Shown here one piece after another: positions 39,501 to 50,500 of a DNA stretch of 64,000 bases. The stretch spans positions 384,001 through 448,000 of the forward strand of contig CAVSAC010000010.1 in assembly GCA_963725865.1 (NCBI GenBank), written 5' to 3'. Each line of letters begins with the position of its first letter. Position 1 is the first letter of the stretch. A program made the translations under genes and the position numbers. The DNA is from Candidatus Eiseniibacteriota bacterium. GTDB lineage: Bacteria; Eisenbacteria; RBG-16-71-46. The notes under the pieces are model-generated. The model was not told the DNA's origin, ran no database searches, and was given only the letters and a program-made list of their open reading frames with translations.

Positions 39501-42500
39501 GCCGAACGCGTCCGGACCTCCGCTGGCGAACGACGTGATCGGCGCGAGCACCGCGGCCGCCGGCGGGCGCGCCACGCGGGCGGGCGGCGCTCCGGGCACG
39601 TCGTCGGGCACCGCGTCGACCGAGAACGTGTAGGGCCCGGCGCCCAGGTTGGTGAGCCGCACCGTGGTGTCGAGCGTCGCGTTGCTGGCGAGCGCGACCG
39701 CGACCGACTCGGGCGCCACGCGCACGCTCGGCGCCGGCACCGCGCGGCCCGCGAGCGGGATCGGATACACGGGCGTGTCGGGATCGTCGCTCGCGACCTC
39801 GAGCAGCGCGTCCAGCGTGTCCGCCGTCGGGGCCACGAACCGGACCAGCAGCGGGAAGGACTGTCCGGCCGCCAGCGCGGCCGGCGCTGAATCCACCTGG
39901 ATGCGTGGATCGATGGAGCGGATGGCCCCGAGGTGCAGCGTGTCGGTTCCGACGTTCGCCAGCGTCACCGCCCGCTCCACCGTGGCGCCCGCGAACGGCG
40001 AGCCGAAGTCCAGCGTGCGCGGCCGCGCCACCAGGTCGGGGGCACCGTGGACCTCGAGGCGCACCGGCACCTCGGCCTGCGGACGCGCGCGATCGTTCGT
40101 GAGCACGCGCACGCTGCCCCGGTACACGCCGGCGAGCAGCCCGGACGCGGCGAAGCGCACGGCGGGCGTGTCGGCGAGCCCCGCGCGCACGCGGCCGGCG
40201 CTCGGCTCGAGCGTGAGCCACTGCGGGACCGGGACGATGCGCACCGTCAGGCTGTCGTGCAGGTACGGCGCGTTGAACACCACGCCCAGACCGGAACTGT
40301 GGTCGGCGTTCTGGATCCCCGCGGTGGCGCTCGCGCGCGGCTCGCCGAGCGCCAGGTACTGGAAGCGGATCTCGCCGTTCGCCTCGAGGATCGCCTCGAA
40401 CGTGTATGGCCCGCCGCCGGCGTAGTGCGTCGGCCCCACCCACGCGACGGTGAAGCGCCCCGGCTCCTTCAGCGTCCACACCCGGTACTCGGTGCCGAAG
40501 TCGAGGTCGTCCCAGAACGGCGCGACCAGGTCGGGCGGTCCGGCCGAGGTCGGCAGCGGCTGGTTCGAGTAGAACGGCGAGGTGTCGGCGAACGACAGGA
40601 ACCCGTTCGTACACACCCGCAGCTGGGTGACGCGGCGGTCGTAGAACGGGAACTCGAAGCCGATGTCGAGGGGCGGGGAGATCACGTCGTCGCCGCCCAT
40701 CTGCAGTACCTCGCCCGCCGTGGTCGCGTCCACCCACGCGAAGCGCGGGCCGTCGGACTGGTCGCTGTCGACCCAGCGATAGCCGAACGCGTCGGGCCCG
40801 CCGCGGCCGAAGACCTGCGGCGGCCCTGCGGGGCCGTCCTCGCCCTTGGCGGCCGGCACCGGATCCGGCGGGACCTGGGCCGCGAACAGCAACTCCGGCA
40901 GCGGCACGTTCCAGTCGAGCGTGCCCTGCGCCACGTTCCCGATCGAGAGGGCGCCGGTGGTCACGCCTCCCACCTCGAGGACCGCGGCGAGCGAGTCGGG
41001 CGCGAGCGCGAGGGCGGGCGGCCCGGCGGTGGTGCCGGTGACGAGGTTCGAGACCGGCCCCGGATTGCCACGCTCGTCGCGCGCGCGTAGGGCGAACCAG
41101 TACGTCGAGTCGGGTCCCAGGCCGCCGACCTCGAAGCGTTCGGGGCTGCCCGACGGCAGCGGGTCCGGTCCCGCCACCGCGCGCGCCGCGGCGAAGTTCG
41201 CCTCCGTGATGGGAGACGAGCTCACCCGGATGTCGTACGACGAGGCGCGGCCGGCCAGGCTGTCGTCTCCGCTCGCGGTCCAACTCAGCGTGGCGAAGTC
41301 GGATCCGAGGTCCACGATCGCCACGTCGCGGATCGCGGCCGGCCCGACGCTGTCGGGATCGGCGATCGCCAGCAGCGCGTTCAGCCGGCCGCCGGTGCGG
41401 CAGGCGCCCTCGAGTGCCCCGAGCGTGTCGGCCGCGGCGAGCAGCCGGCTCTTCACCTGGATCGCGTCGAGCTGCGGCAGCCGTCCCCAGAGCAGCGCGG
41501 CGGCGCCGGTCACGTGCGGGCACGCCATCGAGGTGCCCGACAGCACCCTCCAGCCGCCGCCGGGAGCGAGCGAGAGGATGTTGCTGCCGGGCGCCGCGAG
41601 GTCGACGGTGGTGGCGCCGAAGTTCGAGTACGGCGCGAGCTGGTCGCGATCGTCGGTGGCGGCGACCGCGATGACCCAGGGCCGATCGAACCCCGACGGA
41701 TAGTTGGGCACCACGTCGTTGTCGCTCGCCGAGTTTCCCGCCGCCGCCACCAGCAGCTGGCCCGCGAGCCCCACCGCGTCGACCGCGTCCTGCAGCGCCT
41801 GCGAGAACGCGCCCCCGCCCCACGAGTTGTTGGTGATGCGCACGCCGACGCGCAGCGCGTACTGGAGCGCGGCCACCGCGCCCGACGTGGTGCCGGTGCC
41901 GCCCGCCCCGAGGAACTTGATCGGCACCAGCTGCGCGCGCCAGCACACGCCGGTGACGCCGCGCCCGTCGTCGCCGCGCGCCGCGATGATGCCCGCCACG
42001 TGCGAGCCATGGCCGTTGTCGTCGAACGGATCGCCGTCGTTGTTGTAGACGTCGTAGCCGTGCACGTCGTCGATGTAGCCGTCGCCGTCGTCGTCGAGGC
42101 CGTTGCCCGGGATCTCGCCCGGATTCGTCCAGACGTTGGCGGCGATGTCCGGGTGGGTGTAGTCGAGCCCGGTGTCGATCACGCCGATCCGCAGCGTCGA
42201 GTCGCCGGTGAAGACGTCCCACGCGGTGGTCGCGCGGATGTCGGCGCCGGGACGTCCGCCGGTCTGCCCGCTGTTGTGGAGGGACCACTGGCGCGCGAAC
42301 AGCGAATCGCTCGGCGTGACGCTCGCCCGCCACACGTAGTCGGGCTCCGCCCACTGGACGCGAGCGTCGCCCCGCAGCCGCGCGACCGTGCTCGCGACCG
42401 CGCCGGCCGGCACCTCGAGCAGCTCGGCGTCGATGAACGCGTAGCGCGCTCGCGGCACCGCCGCCACGCTGGTGCGCGCCGCCGCCCGCGCGCTCGCCGC

Positions 42501-42632
42501 CGCGCCCGGCTTCCAGCGCACCAGCACGCGGCCGTCCACGAACGGCGGATCCGCCGCGCGCACACTCCCCGGCACCAGCGCCACCCACAGCGCGGCGAGG
42601 ACGACGAGGCGGCGCGATGTGCCAGGGCGCAT
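36546..42632 (-). CDS. Large secreted S8 subtilase with Fn3, repeated modules, Ig-like domains and an FlgD/T9SS-like tail (2,028 aa)
   Basis: Catalytic triad motifs VIDTG, HGSHVAG, SGTSMACPH; three GGPD(A/P)FG modules; tail GPNP..DVRGARVR..WDGRDDGG..GLY. Confidence 0.93.
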   Translation of the reverse strand: MRPGTSRRLVVLAALWVALVPGSVRAADPPFVDGRVLVRWKPGAAASARAAARTSVAAVPRARYAFIDAELLEVPAGAVASTVARLRGDARVQWAEPDYVWRASVTPSDSLFARQWSLHNSGQTGGRPGADIRATTAWDVFTGDSTLRIGVIDTGLDYTHPDIAANVWTNPGEIPGNGLDDDGDGYIDDVHGYDVYNNDGDPFDDNGHGSHVAGIIAARGDDGRGVTGVCWRAQLVPIKFLGAGGTGTTSGAVAALQYALRVGVRITNNSWGGGAFSQALQDAVDAVGLAGQLLVAAAGNSASDNDVVPNYPSGFDRPWVIAVAATDDRDQLAPYSNFGATTVDLAAPGSNILSLAPGGGWRVLSGTSMACPHVTGAAALLWGRLPQLDAIQVKSRLLAAADTLGALEGACRTGGRLNALLAIADPDSVGPAAIRDVAIVDLGSDFATLSWTASGDDSLAGRASSYDIRVSSSPITEANFAAARAVAGPDPLPSGSPERFEVGGLGPDSTYWFALRARDERGNPGPVSNLVTGTTAGPPALALAPDSLAAVLEVGGVTTGALSIGNVAQGTLDWNVPLPELLFAAQVPPDPVPAAKGEDGPAGPPQVFGRGGPDAFGYRWVDSDQSDGPRFAWVDATTAGEVLQMGGDDVISPPLDIGFEFPFYDRRVTQLRVCTNGFLSFADTSPFYSNQPLPTSAGPPDLVAPFWDDLDFGTEYRVWTLKEPGRFTVAWVGPTHYAGGGPYTFEAILEANGEIRFQYLALGEPRASATAGIQNADHSSGLGVVFNAPYLHDSLTVRIVPVPQWLTLEPSAGRVRAGLADTPAVRFAASGLLAGVYRGSVRVLTNDRARPQAEVPVRLEVHGAPDLVARPRTLDFGSPFAGATVERAVTLANVGTDTLHLGAIRSIDPRIQVDSAPAALAAGQSFPLLVRFVAPTADTLDALLEVASDDPDTPVYPIPLAGRAVPAPSVRVAPESVAVALASNATLDTTVRLTNLGAGPYTFSVDAVPDDVPGAPPARVARPPAAAVLAPITSFASGGPDAFGNTWRDGAATGGPAFTWEDVRAFGTRIALGGDDALSDPIPIGFDFPFYGIPQRRLRVCTNGWVSFTDSTRVTPANTPLPSNSAGAPENLLAVFWDDLVFGPQRRVWVRSDPQHCVIQYQEVPRFGSGESTRPNTFEIVLFPDGSLEYRYLALRAAVLSSATVGIQDAARDDGLQVVMNAAYLRDSMVVRFHPPLRWLTITPDQGLLPAGQSTDLTLHVDAAALFGGVYRGAVRIAGDDPQRPVIHVPAALTVSGAPELRVSPAALDFGVTYAGWPRTLPLAVRNPGTDTLHVTTPAIADARVSVEPAKFAVPPLAERTVQVRFAPAGPGTLAGVLGLAGDDPANPRVDIPLAGVALDPPLADVAPGTLASVAARGTVAAARERERVVLVRNPGASPLHWSATARLGPAIASGAPLEREDAKGDPGAAGALGTGGPDPFGYAWTDSDEPGGPPFAWEAATPGTTRLPFVEDDETLTGIPLPFLFPFYGRTFDHVNVCSNGWLSFTSTRTTFTNTGLPNAGAAVPENLIAVFWDDQSFDPPIGGGGADWDGNPQRFVVTFRDVPRVGGGGPSTYQVVLRPSGDIDLQYLRLGSVRTSATVGLQDSSRTVGLQVVANAGYLHDGLRVRLARVEPWLALARDSGTVAPGGVDSVRVTLRAADRDSARYRGEVRIVSDDPAHPVRAVACALDVALERAAFALPPPPLAAALLGDSLRVGAPGGTLVRPLAAWIGDVSVPPRAGPAGTWSFAFDLFAARAAAQAAGGALTVAVEDSARAWVIARDSVALPQPRLDAGPLRALGTGGDTVRVRTGAPLALDWDDPPGVAASGWDVWLSLDGGHTWRPWALGLAERHTALAWPDAPAASVRVEVTGRSGAALAWSWLSDPAVLEAAGEGLPKVFALRFAGPNPTPANASFRLELPRAAEVTLEVLDVRGARVRRDPARSFAAGRHALLWDGRDDGGRRVPPGLYLVRVAGAGTQAVRRVVILR

Positions 42633-42759
42633 GAGGCTCTTTCCGGCCGGCGTGCGGGCGGGCGCCGGCCCAGCGGACGAGACGCGCGGCCGGCTGCGGC
42701 GCGCCGAGTATCCCCCGCCGGGGGACCGGCGCGTCAAGCGCGAGGCCGCGGGCGGTCGC

Positions 42760-43164
42760 TCAACCGCGCTTCGCCCGGGGGACGCGGCCGGTCGCGCGGC
42801 GCGCCGCGCGGACGGCCTCGTGGCGGGCGACCACGGTGGTCGCGATGCCCCCGCGCACGTTGAAGCGCCCGATCACCGTCAGCCGGCGGGGCCTGAGCGC
42901 CCGCACCAGGTCGTCGCGGATCTGGTTCGTGACCTGCTCGAAGTAGTGCCCCTCGTCGCGGAACGACCACAGGTAGAGCTTGAGCGACTTGAGCTCCACG
43001 CACACGCGGTCGGGCACGTACCTGACCACGATCGTGCCGAAGTCCGGCTGGCCGGTCACCGGGCACACCGCGGTGTACTCGGGGCACACGTGGCGGATCA
43101 GGTAGTCACGGTCGGGGCTCGGGTTGGGGAACGTGACGAGCTTCCGGTCGGGACGGCTGGGCAT
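42760..43164 (-). CDS. queF: PreQ1 synthase (7-cyano-7-deazaguanine reductase), short form
   Basis: [39 protein letters not shown]. Confidence 0.95.
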   Translation of the reverse strand: MPSRPDRKLVTFPNPSPDRDYLIRHVCPEYTAVCPVTGQPDFGTIVVRYVPDRVCVELKSLKLYLWSFRDEGHYFEQVTNQIRDDLVRALRPRRLTVIGRFNVRGGIATTVVARHEAVRAARRATGRVPRAKRG

Positions 43165-43375
43165 GGGCTCCTCGCGGGACGGGACGGGGCGGGCGGGGCG
43201 TCGACGGCCCCAAGGCACCACACCCGGCCGCGCGGGGTCAAGACGCGTGGCCGGGTCGGTGCTTTCGCTCGCTCCGCTCCTGTGCAGTCCTACCCCGCGA
43301 GGCCCGCCCGCGCTCCCGGGGACCGGCGCTTCGGCGTGGCCGGGCGCGCCGGTCGCGTGCTAGTGTCCCTCGCCC

Positions 43376-44710
<1,335 letters not shown>

Positions 44711-44785
44711 CCGCGCCGCGCGCGGCGCCGTCGCCGCGAGGGTCCGCCGCCGCGCCATGCGGGAGCACCGGCGGCGCGCCCGGCG

Positions 44786-45730
44786 TCAGGCCCGCACGCC
44801 CTCCACCCCGCGGATCCGCGCCCGCTCGCGCGCGGCGAAGCCGGCGCCCACCACGCCCGCGCGCTCGCCGAGCGCGGCCGGCAGGATGCGCAGCAGGCGC
44901 GTGTGTGAGGCGAGCGCGTGGCGCTCGACCGAGGCGCGCACCGGCCGCGCGAGCGCCTCGCCGGCGCCCGCGAGCCCCCCACCCAGCACCACCACGTCGG
45001 GGTCGAGCAGGTTCACCGCGGCGCCGATCATGCGCCCGAGCTGGTGCGCGAGACGCGCCACCAGCCGTTCCGCGCGCGGGTCGCCGGCCGCCGCGTGCGC
45101 GAACACCGCGCGCGCGTCCGCGGCGTCGAGTCCCGCCGCGCGCGCCGCGGCGAGCAGTCCCTCGCCGCCCGCCTCGGGCTCCACGCAGCCCTCGACCCCG
45201 CAGGCGCACGCCATTCCGCGGCCGCCGAGCGGCAGGTGGCCGAGCTCGCCCGCCCCACCGTGCGCGCCGCGCATCAGGCGCCCGTCGATCACGATGCCGC
45301 AGCCGACTCCGGTGCCGATCGTGATGGTGAGCGACACGCGGGCGCCGCGCGCGGCACCGGCGTGGTGCTCGGCGAGGGCCGCCAGGTTGGCGTCGTTCTC
45401 GACCGCCACCGGCAGCGCCAGCCGCTCCTCGAGCAGCGCGCGCAGCGGCAGGTCGCGTCCGTAGGGCAGGTGCGCGGTGGCGCCGACCAGCGCGCCGGAG
45501 CGCGGGTCGACCACGCCGGGCGCTCCGATGCCGGCCGCGATCACCGGACCGTCGGCCACCGCGCGCAGCTCGGCCGCGACCGCCGCGATCGCCGCGAGTG
45601 GGGCCTCGCGGCTCTCCGCCACGCGCGAGGGTGTGCGCGAGAAGTTGCACACGCCGCCGGCCTCGTCGACCAGCGCGGCCTTGAGGTCGGTGCCGCCGAG
45701 ATCGAATGCCATCACCCAGGTGCGCGACAT
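44786..45730 (-). CDS. ROK family sugar kinase (glucokinase-like)
   Basis: DLGGT, ENDAN, GTGVG, GELGH, CACGVEGCVE; no HTH. Confidence 0.92.
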   Translation of the reverse strand: MSRTWVMAFDLGGTDLKAALVDEAGGVCNFSRTPSRVAESREAPLAAIAAVAAELRAVADGPVIAAGIGAPGVVDPRSGALVGATAHLPYGRDLPLRALLEERLALPVAVENDANLAALAEHHAGAARGARVSLTITIGTGVGCGIVIDGRLMRGAHGGAGELGHLPLGGRGMACACGVEGCVEPEAGGEGLLAAARAAGLDAADARAVFAHAAAGDPRAERLVARLAHQLGRMIGAAVNLLDPDVVVLGGGLAGAGEALARPVRASVERHALASHTRLLRILPAALGERAGVVGAGFAARERARIRGVEGVRA

Positions 45731-45788
45731 GCCGCGCACACTAGCACGCGGCTGGACCCTGCGCCCGCGTGCGTGGCAGAGTGCCACC

Positions 45789-48206
45789 ATGCGTCCGCTC
45801 GCGTCGCTCGTCGCGTTGCTGCTCGGCGCGCTGCTGGTCCCGGTCGCCGATCACCCGCCGCGCGCCGCGGCCCCGGCCGCCGCGGACTCCGGCGTGGTCG
45901 CGATCGCGGGACTCGCCGCACCGGTCGAACTGATCACCGACCGCTGGGGCATCCCCCACCTGCGCGCGCGCACGCTCCCCGACCTCTATCGCGCGTGGGG
46001 CTACGTCACCGCGCGCGACCGCCTGTGGCAGCTCGAAAGTCTGCGGCGCTCGGCGCGCGGGCGGATGTGGGAGTGGGCGGGCAACGCGACGCTCGAGGCG
46101 GACGGCGGCGCGCAGCTCTTCCGCCTCGCCGAGCGCGCCGAGACGATCTGGGCGCGCGAGCGTCTCGATCCCGCGACCGCGATGCCGCTCGAGGCCTACG
46201 CCGCCGGGATCAACGCCTACCTGGCGCGCTGTCGGGCCGGCGCGGCGGCGTGGCCGCCGGAGTTCACGCGGCTGGGGCACACGCCCGCCGACTGGCGCCC
46301 CGTCGACAGCGTGCTGTTGCTGCTCGGCATGGGGATCACGCTCGACCTCGACCTGCCGGAGCTGCGCGAGGCGCGGGACCTCGCGCGCCACGGCGCCGCG
46401 TGGTTGGCGGCGCGCCGCCGCTTCGAGGGCCGCTGGATCTACGACACCGTGCCCGACGCGGGCGGACGCCACACCTCGGGGGGCGGGCCGGGGCACGCGC
46501 CGGCGCCCGTGAGAGACTCGCCTGCCCCGCTGCCGAGCGCGCTCGCCGAGCGCGCGGCCCGCGCGCTGGCGCCGTACGCGCATCCCGACGGCGACGACGC
46601 GTGGCGGGCGAGCAACGCATTCGCGGTCGGCGCGCGCCGCAGCGCCTCGGGAGCCCCGCTGCTCGCGAACGATCCGCACCTCTCCCTGACGACCCCGGGT
46701 GCGTTCCACCTCGTGCACGTGAGCGTGCCCGGAGTGGTGGACGCAGCGGGCGCGTGCCTGCCGGGGTTGCCGGCGATCGTGAGCGGCCGCAACCGCGACT
46801 GCGCGTGGGGCATCACCGCGCTCTCGGCCGACGTGGTGGACGTCTACGCCGACACGCTGTCGGCCGACGGCCGCCGGGTGCGGTGGCACGGCGGCTGGGC
46901 GCCGGTCGTGGAGCGCCCGTTCCAGCTGCGCTACCGCGTCCTCGGGATCGGCATCCCGCCGCCGGGGCAGGTGCGGCGCTGGACCCCGCACGGTCCGGTG
47001 GTGGTGTTCGATCGCGCGCGGCGGCTGGCGCTGAGCGTGCGCTGGACCGCGTTCGAGGACGACCGCATCACGCTCCGGCGCATGCTGGGCGTGGAGCGCT
47101 CGCGCGACGCCGCGGAGCTCGCAGAGCGCTTCGCCACGCTCGTCACGCCGACCCTCAACCTGGTGGCGGCCGACCGCGCCGGTCACGTCCGCTACCAGGC
47201 GTGCGGGCTGCTCCCGCATCGTCCGTTCCCGCCCGCCCCCGGTCCGCTGCCGGGCGACGGGCGTCACGAGTGGGCGGGCTTCGTCGCGACCGCCGACATG
47301 CCGGCCTGGGACGTGCCGGCCGACGGTGTGGTGGTGAACTCGAACAACCGCCCGGCCGGCCCCGCCTACCCCGAGCCGCTGCCGCGCTACGACTGGGTGC
47401 ACGACCGCGCGCTGCGGATCGCCCAGCGTCTCGGCGGCGATCCATCGATCACGCTCGCCGATCTGCGCAGCGTGCAGAACGACGCCTACTCCGGGATGGC
47501 CGCGCGCCTGGTGCCGCGGCTGGCGGCATGCGCGGACTCGGTGCGCGGGCGGCTGTCGGCGCGCGCGCAAGCGGCGCTCGACACGCTGGGTAGCTGGGAT
47601 TTCGTCGCGCGCCGGCCGCAGGTCGCGCCCACGCTGTATCGGGCGTGGTTCGCGGCGCTCGGGCGGCGCTGGGGGCTCGAGGGCCTGCCGGGCCGCTTGA
47701 TCGCCACGCTCGACGGCGAGGCCGCGCCCGACCCCAGCATGGTGCGGGTCGTCGAGCGTCCGGCGCTCGGGGCCGCGGCGGCGCTCGACTCGGCGCTCGC
47801 CGACCTCGAGCACCTGCTGGGGCCGGACCTGGCGGGCTGGCGCTGGGAGCGCGCGCACCGCGCCCGGTTCCCGCGCGACCTCGCGCGCTGGTTCCCGGAC
47901 GAGGCGGCGTGGCGCGGCGCTTCCGTCGCGGTGGACGGCGACAACGCCTCGCCCGGCGTGGCGCCGTCGCGGCTGCCGCGCTCGATCGAGGTCGATCACG
48001 GGCCGGTGTTCCGCCATCTCGTGGACCTCGCGGTGGCGGACTCCTCGCTCGCGATGCTGCCGCCCGCGGTGGCAGCGGGCGCGGCGCAGGGCGCCCGGGC
48101 GCTGGCGGGCCCCTGGGCGAACCACGCGTACGTGCCGCTGTTCCTCGACGGCCCGCGCGTGGACGCGGTGGCGCGCACGCGCCTCAGGCTGGTGCCCGGG
48201 CGCTGA
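45789..48206 (+). CDS. Penicillin acylase family (S45) Ntn-hydrolase, secreted
   Basis: DRWGIPH, ARDRLWQ, nucleophile SNAFAVG, LANDPHL. Confidence 0.92.
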   Translation: MRPLASLVALLLGALLVPVADHPPRAAAPAAADSGVVAIAGLAAPVELITDRWGIPHLRARTLPDLYRAWGYVTARDRLWQLESLRRSARGRMWEWAGNATLEADGGAQLFRLAERAETIWARERLDPATAMPLEAYAAGINAYLARCRAGAAAWPPEFTRLGHTPADWRPVDSVLLLLGMGITLDLDLPELREARDLARHGAAWLAARRRFEGRWIYDTVPDAGGRHTSGGGPGHAPAPVRDSPAPLPSALAERAARALAPYAHPDGDDAWRASNAFAVGARRSASGAPLLANDPHLSLTTPGAFHLVHVSVPGVVDAAGACLPGLPAIVSGRNRDCAWGITALSADVVDVYADTLSADGRRVRWHGGWAPVVERPFQLRYRVLGIGIPPPGQVRRWTPHGPVVVFDRARRLALSVRWTAFEDDRITLRRMLGVERSRDAAELAERFATLVTPTLNLVAADRAGHVRYQACGLLPHRPFPPAPGPLPGDGRHEWAGFVATADMPAWDVPADGVVVNSNNRPAGPAYPEPLPRYDWVHDRALRIAQRLGGDPSITLADLRSVQNDAYSGMAARLVPRLAACADSVRGRLSARAQAALDTLGSWDFVARRPQVAPTLYRAWFAALGRRWGLEGLPGRLIATLDGEAAPDPSMVRVVERPALGAAAALDSALADLEHLLGPDLAGWRWERAHRARFPRDLARWFPDEAAWRGASVAVDGDNASPGVAPSRLPRSIEVDHGPVFRHLVDLAVADSSLAMLPPAVAAGAAQGARALAGPWANHAYVPLFLDGPRVDAVARTRLRLVPGR

Positions 48207-48218
48207 GGCGCGACGGGC

Positions 48219-50354
48219 TCAGTACGCGGCGAGCTCGCGGATCGCGCGCAGCATGGTGTCCTTCTGCGGCAGGATGACGTCCTCGAGCGTGGGCGCGTAG
48301 GCGACCGGCGCGTCGAGCGCCCCCACCCGCCGCACCGGGGCGTCGAGGTCCGTGAAGCACTCCGCGGCCACGCGGGCCGCCACCTCGGCGCCGAACCCGC
48401 AGAACAGGGTGTCCTCGTGCGCCACGATCAGGCGCCCGGTCTTGCGCACCGAGCGCGCCACCGATTCGAAATCGAGCGGCTGGATCGTGCGCAGGTCGAT
48501 CACCTCGGTCTCGATGCCCTCCTCCGCCAGCTCCTGCGCGGCGAGGTAGCTGCGCTGCACCAGTGCGCCGTACGTCACCACCGTGACGTCGGTGCCCTCG
48601 CGCACCACGCGCGCGCGGCCGAACGGCACGGTGTACTCGGGACCCGGGTACGGTCCCTTGGCGTAAGGCTGGCGGTACAGGTGCTTGTGCTCCAGGAACA
48701 GCACCGGGTCCTCGCTGCGCAGCGCCGTGCGCATCAGCCCGTTCGCGTCGAGCGCGTTGCTGGGGATCACCACGCGCAGGCCCGGGCAGTGGGCGAAGAT
48801 GCTCTCGCCGCACTGGCTGTGGTACGGCGCGCCGCCGCGCAGATAGCCGCCGTACGCGGTGCGGATGATGACCGGGCAGGAGAACGCGTTGTTCGAGCGG
48901 TAGCGCAGGTAGCCCAGCTCGTCGCGGATCTGCATCATCGCCGGCCAGATGTAGTCGAAGAACTGGATCTCGACCACCGGCCGCAGGCCCAGGGTCGCGA
49001 GCCCGATCGCGCGGCCGACGATGTTGGCCTCGGCGAGCGGCGAGTTGTACACCCGCACGCCGCCGAACTGCTTCTGCAGGCCCCACGTGACGCCGAACAC
49101 GCCGCCCTTGCCCTTGGTCTCGTCGAGCGCCTCCTCGTTCGAGTTGTCGGCGACGTCCTCGCCGAACATCAGGATCCGCGGGTCGCGCCGCATCTCGTCC
49201 CGGAGGCAGTAGTTGATGTTCTGGAGCATCGTCTCGGCCGAGTCCGGACGCTCCGGCCGCGGCTCGCTCACGAACCGGTCGGAGGTCGGGTCCACGTCCG
49301 GCGAGAACACGAACATCGTCGCGCTGGCGAGCGGCGGCTGCGAGGACGCCTGCGCCTCCTCGCTGGCGCGGCGGATGGTGGCGTGCACCTCCTCGTGCAG
49401 CGCGTTCAGCCTCGCCTCGTCGAGCACGCCCCGCGCGATCAGCGAGCGCGAAAACGTCCGCAGGCAGTCGCGCTCGGCCTCGGCCGCGCGCTCGTGCTGG
49501 GGCTTGTACTTGCTCTCGTCGTCCGACATCGAGTGCGAGTACGGCCGCGTCACCTTCGCGCGCACGAACGCCGGCCCCCGGCGCGCCCGGCAATGCGCGA
49601 TCGCGGCTTCGAGCGCGGCGTACGAGGCCAGCGGGTCGCTGCCGTCGACCTCTCCGGTCCAGTGCAGGTTCGGGAAGTCCTTCACCAGCGTGGCGATGTT
49701 GCCGCCCGCGGTCTGCACGTCGACCGGCACCGAGATGGCGTAGCCGTTGTCCTCGATCAGGAACAGCACCGGCAGGCGCAGGTTGCACGCGCTGTTGAGC
49801 GCCTCCCAGAACTCCCCTTCGCTGGTCGCGCCGTCGCCGCCGCTCACGTACACCACCTCGTCGCCCTGCACGCGGCCGCGCAGGCTCGGGTGGTCCGCCT
49901 CCAGCTCGTGGTACTTGATCAGCGCCTCGGCGGCGCCGACCGCCTGCAGGAACTGGGTCCCGGTGGGGCTCGACTGCGAGACGATGTTCAGGCGCCGGTG
50001 GCCCCAGTGACTCGGCATCTGGCGGCCGCCCGAGTTCGGATCCTCGGCCGCCGCCAGGGCGGAGAGCAGCATCTCCTTGGGGCTCATCCCCAACTGCAGG
50101 CACAGCGCGCGGTCGCGGTAGTAGGGGTAGAACCAGTCGGCCCCCGGTCGCAGCAGCCGGCCCGCCGCCACCAGCACGGCCTCGTGCCCCGCGCCCGAGA
50201 TCTGGAAGAAGATCTTGTCGAGCTTCTTGAGGCGGATCTCCTCGTCGTCGACGCGCCGCGACGTGTACATCGTGCGGTAGAGGCCGACGAGATCGTCCTG
50301 CGTCAGCCCGTGCTGCGGAGCCGCCGAGGTCGCGTGGGTGCGCGTGGCCGCCAT
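48219..50354 (-). CDS. 2-oxoacid (probably branched-chain) dehydrogenase E1, fused alpha/beta
   Basis: [19 protein letters not shown] (TPP motif), HSMSDD, EIQFFDY, HSQ. Confidence 0.93.
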   Translation of the reverse strand: MAATRTHATSAAPQHGLTQDDLVGLYRTMYTSRRVDDEEIRLKKLDKIFFQISGAGHEAVLVAAGRLLRPGADWFYPYYRDRALCLQLGMSPKEMLLSALAAAEDPNSGGRQMPSHWGHRRLNIVSQSSPTGTQFLQAVGAAEALIKYHELEADHPSLRGRVQGDEVVYVSGGDGATSEGEFWEALNSACNLRLPVLFLIEDNGYAISVPVDVQTAGGNIATLVKDFPNLHWTGEVDGSDPLASYAALEAAIAHCRARRGPAFVRAKVTRPYSHSMSDDESKYKPQHERAAEAERDCLRTFSRSLIARGVLDEARLNALHEEVHATIRRASEEAQASSQPPLASATMFVFSPDVDPTSDRFVSEPRPERPDSAETMLQNINYCLRDEMRRDPRILMFGEDVADNSNEEALDETKGKGGVFGVTWGLQKQFGGVRVYNSPLAEANIVGRAIGLATLGLRPVVEIQFFDYIWPAMMQIRDELGYLRYRSNNAFSCPVIIRTAYGGYLRGGAPYHSQCGESIFAHCPGLRVVIPSNALDANGLMRTALRSEDPVLFLEHKHLYRQPYAKGPYPGPEYTVPFGRARVVREGTDVTVVTYGALVQRSYLAAQELAEEGIETEVIDLRTIQPLDFESVARSVRKTGRLIVAHEDTLFCGFGAEVAARVAAECFTDLDAPVRRVGALDAPVAYAPTLEDVILPQKDTMLRAIRELAAY

Positions 50355-50500
50355 GGGTGGGTCTCCTGGGAGTCCGGGGAAGGCAGAGGACCACGCAAGC
50401 CTACCCGAGGCCCCGCGGCCGCATCAACCACTCGCGGCAGACGCCGGGCGACCGCGCGGGAACCGACCGCGCGGCGCCGGTGGCCAGGGGTGCGGCGCGA

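Noticed and set aside
42760..43164. queF as part of a 7-deazaguanine DNA-modification (dpd) defence system
   Set aside because: No dpdA or other dpd genes; it sits next to miaB, which fits ordinary tRNA modification.
43165..43375. Possible preQ1 riboswitch upstream of queF
   Set aside because: No preQ1-I stem-loop with an A-rich tail is visible; the region is short and GC-rich.
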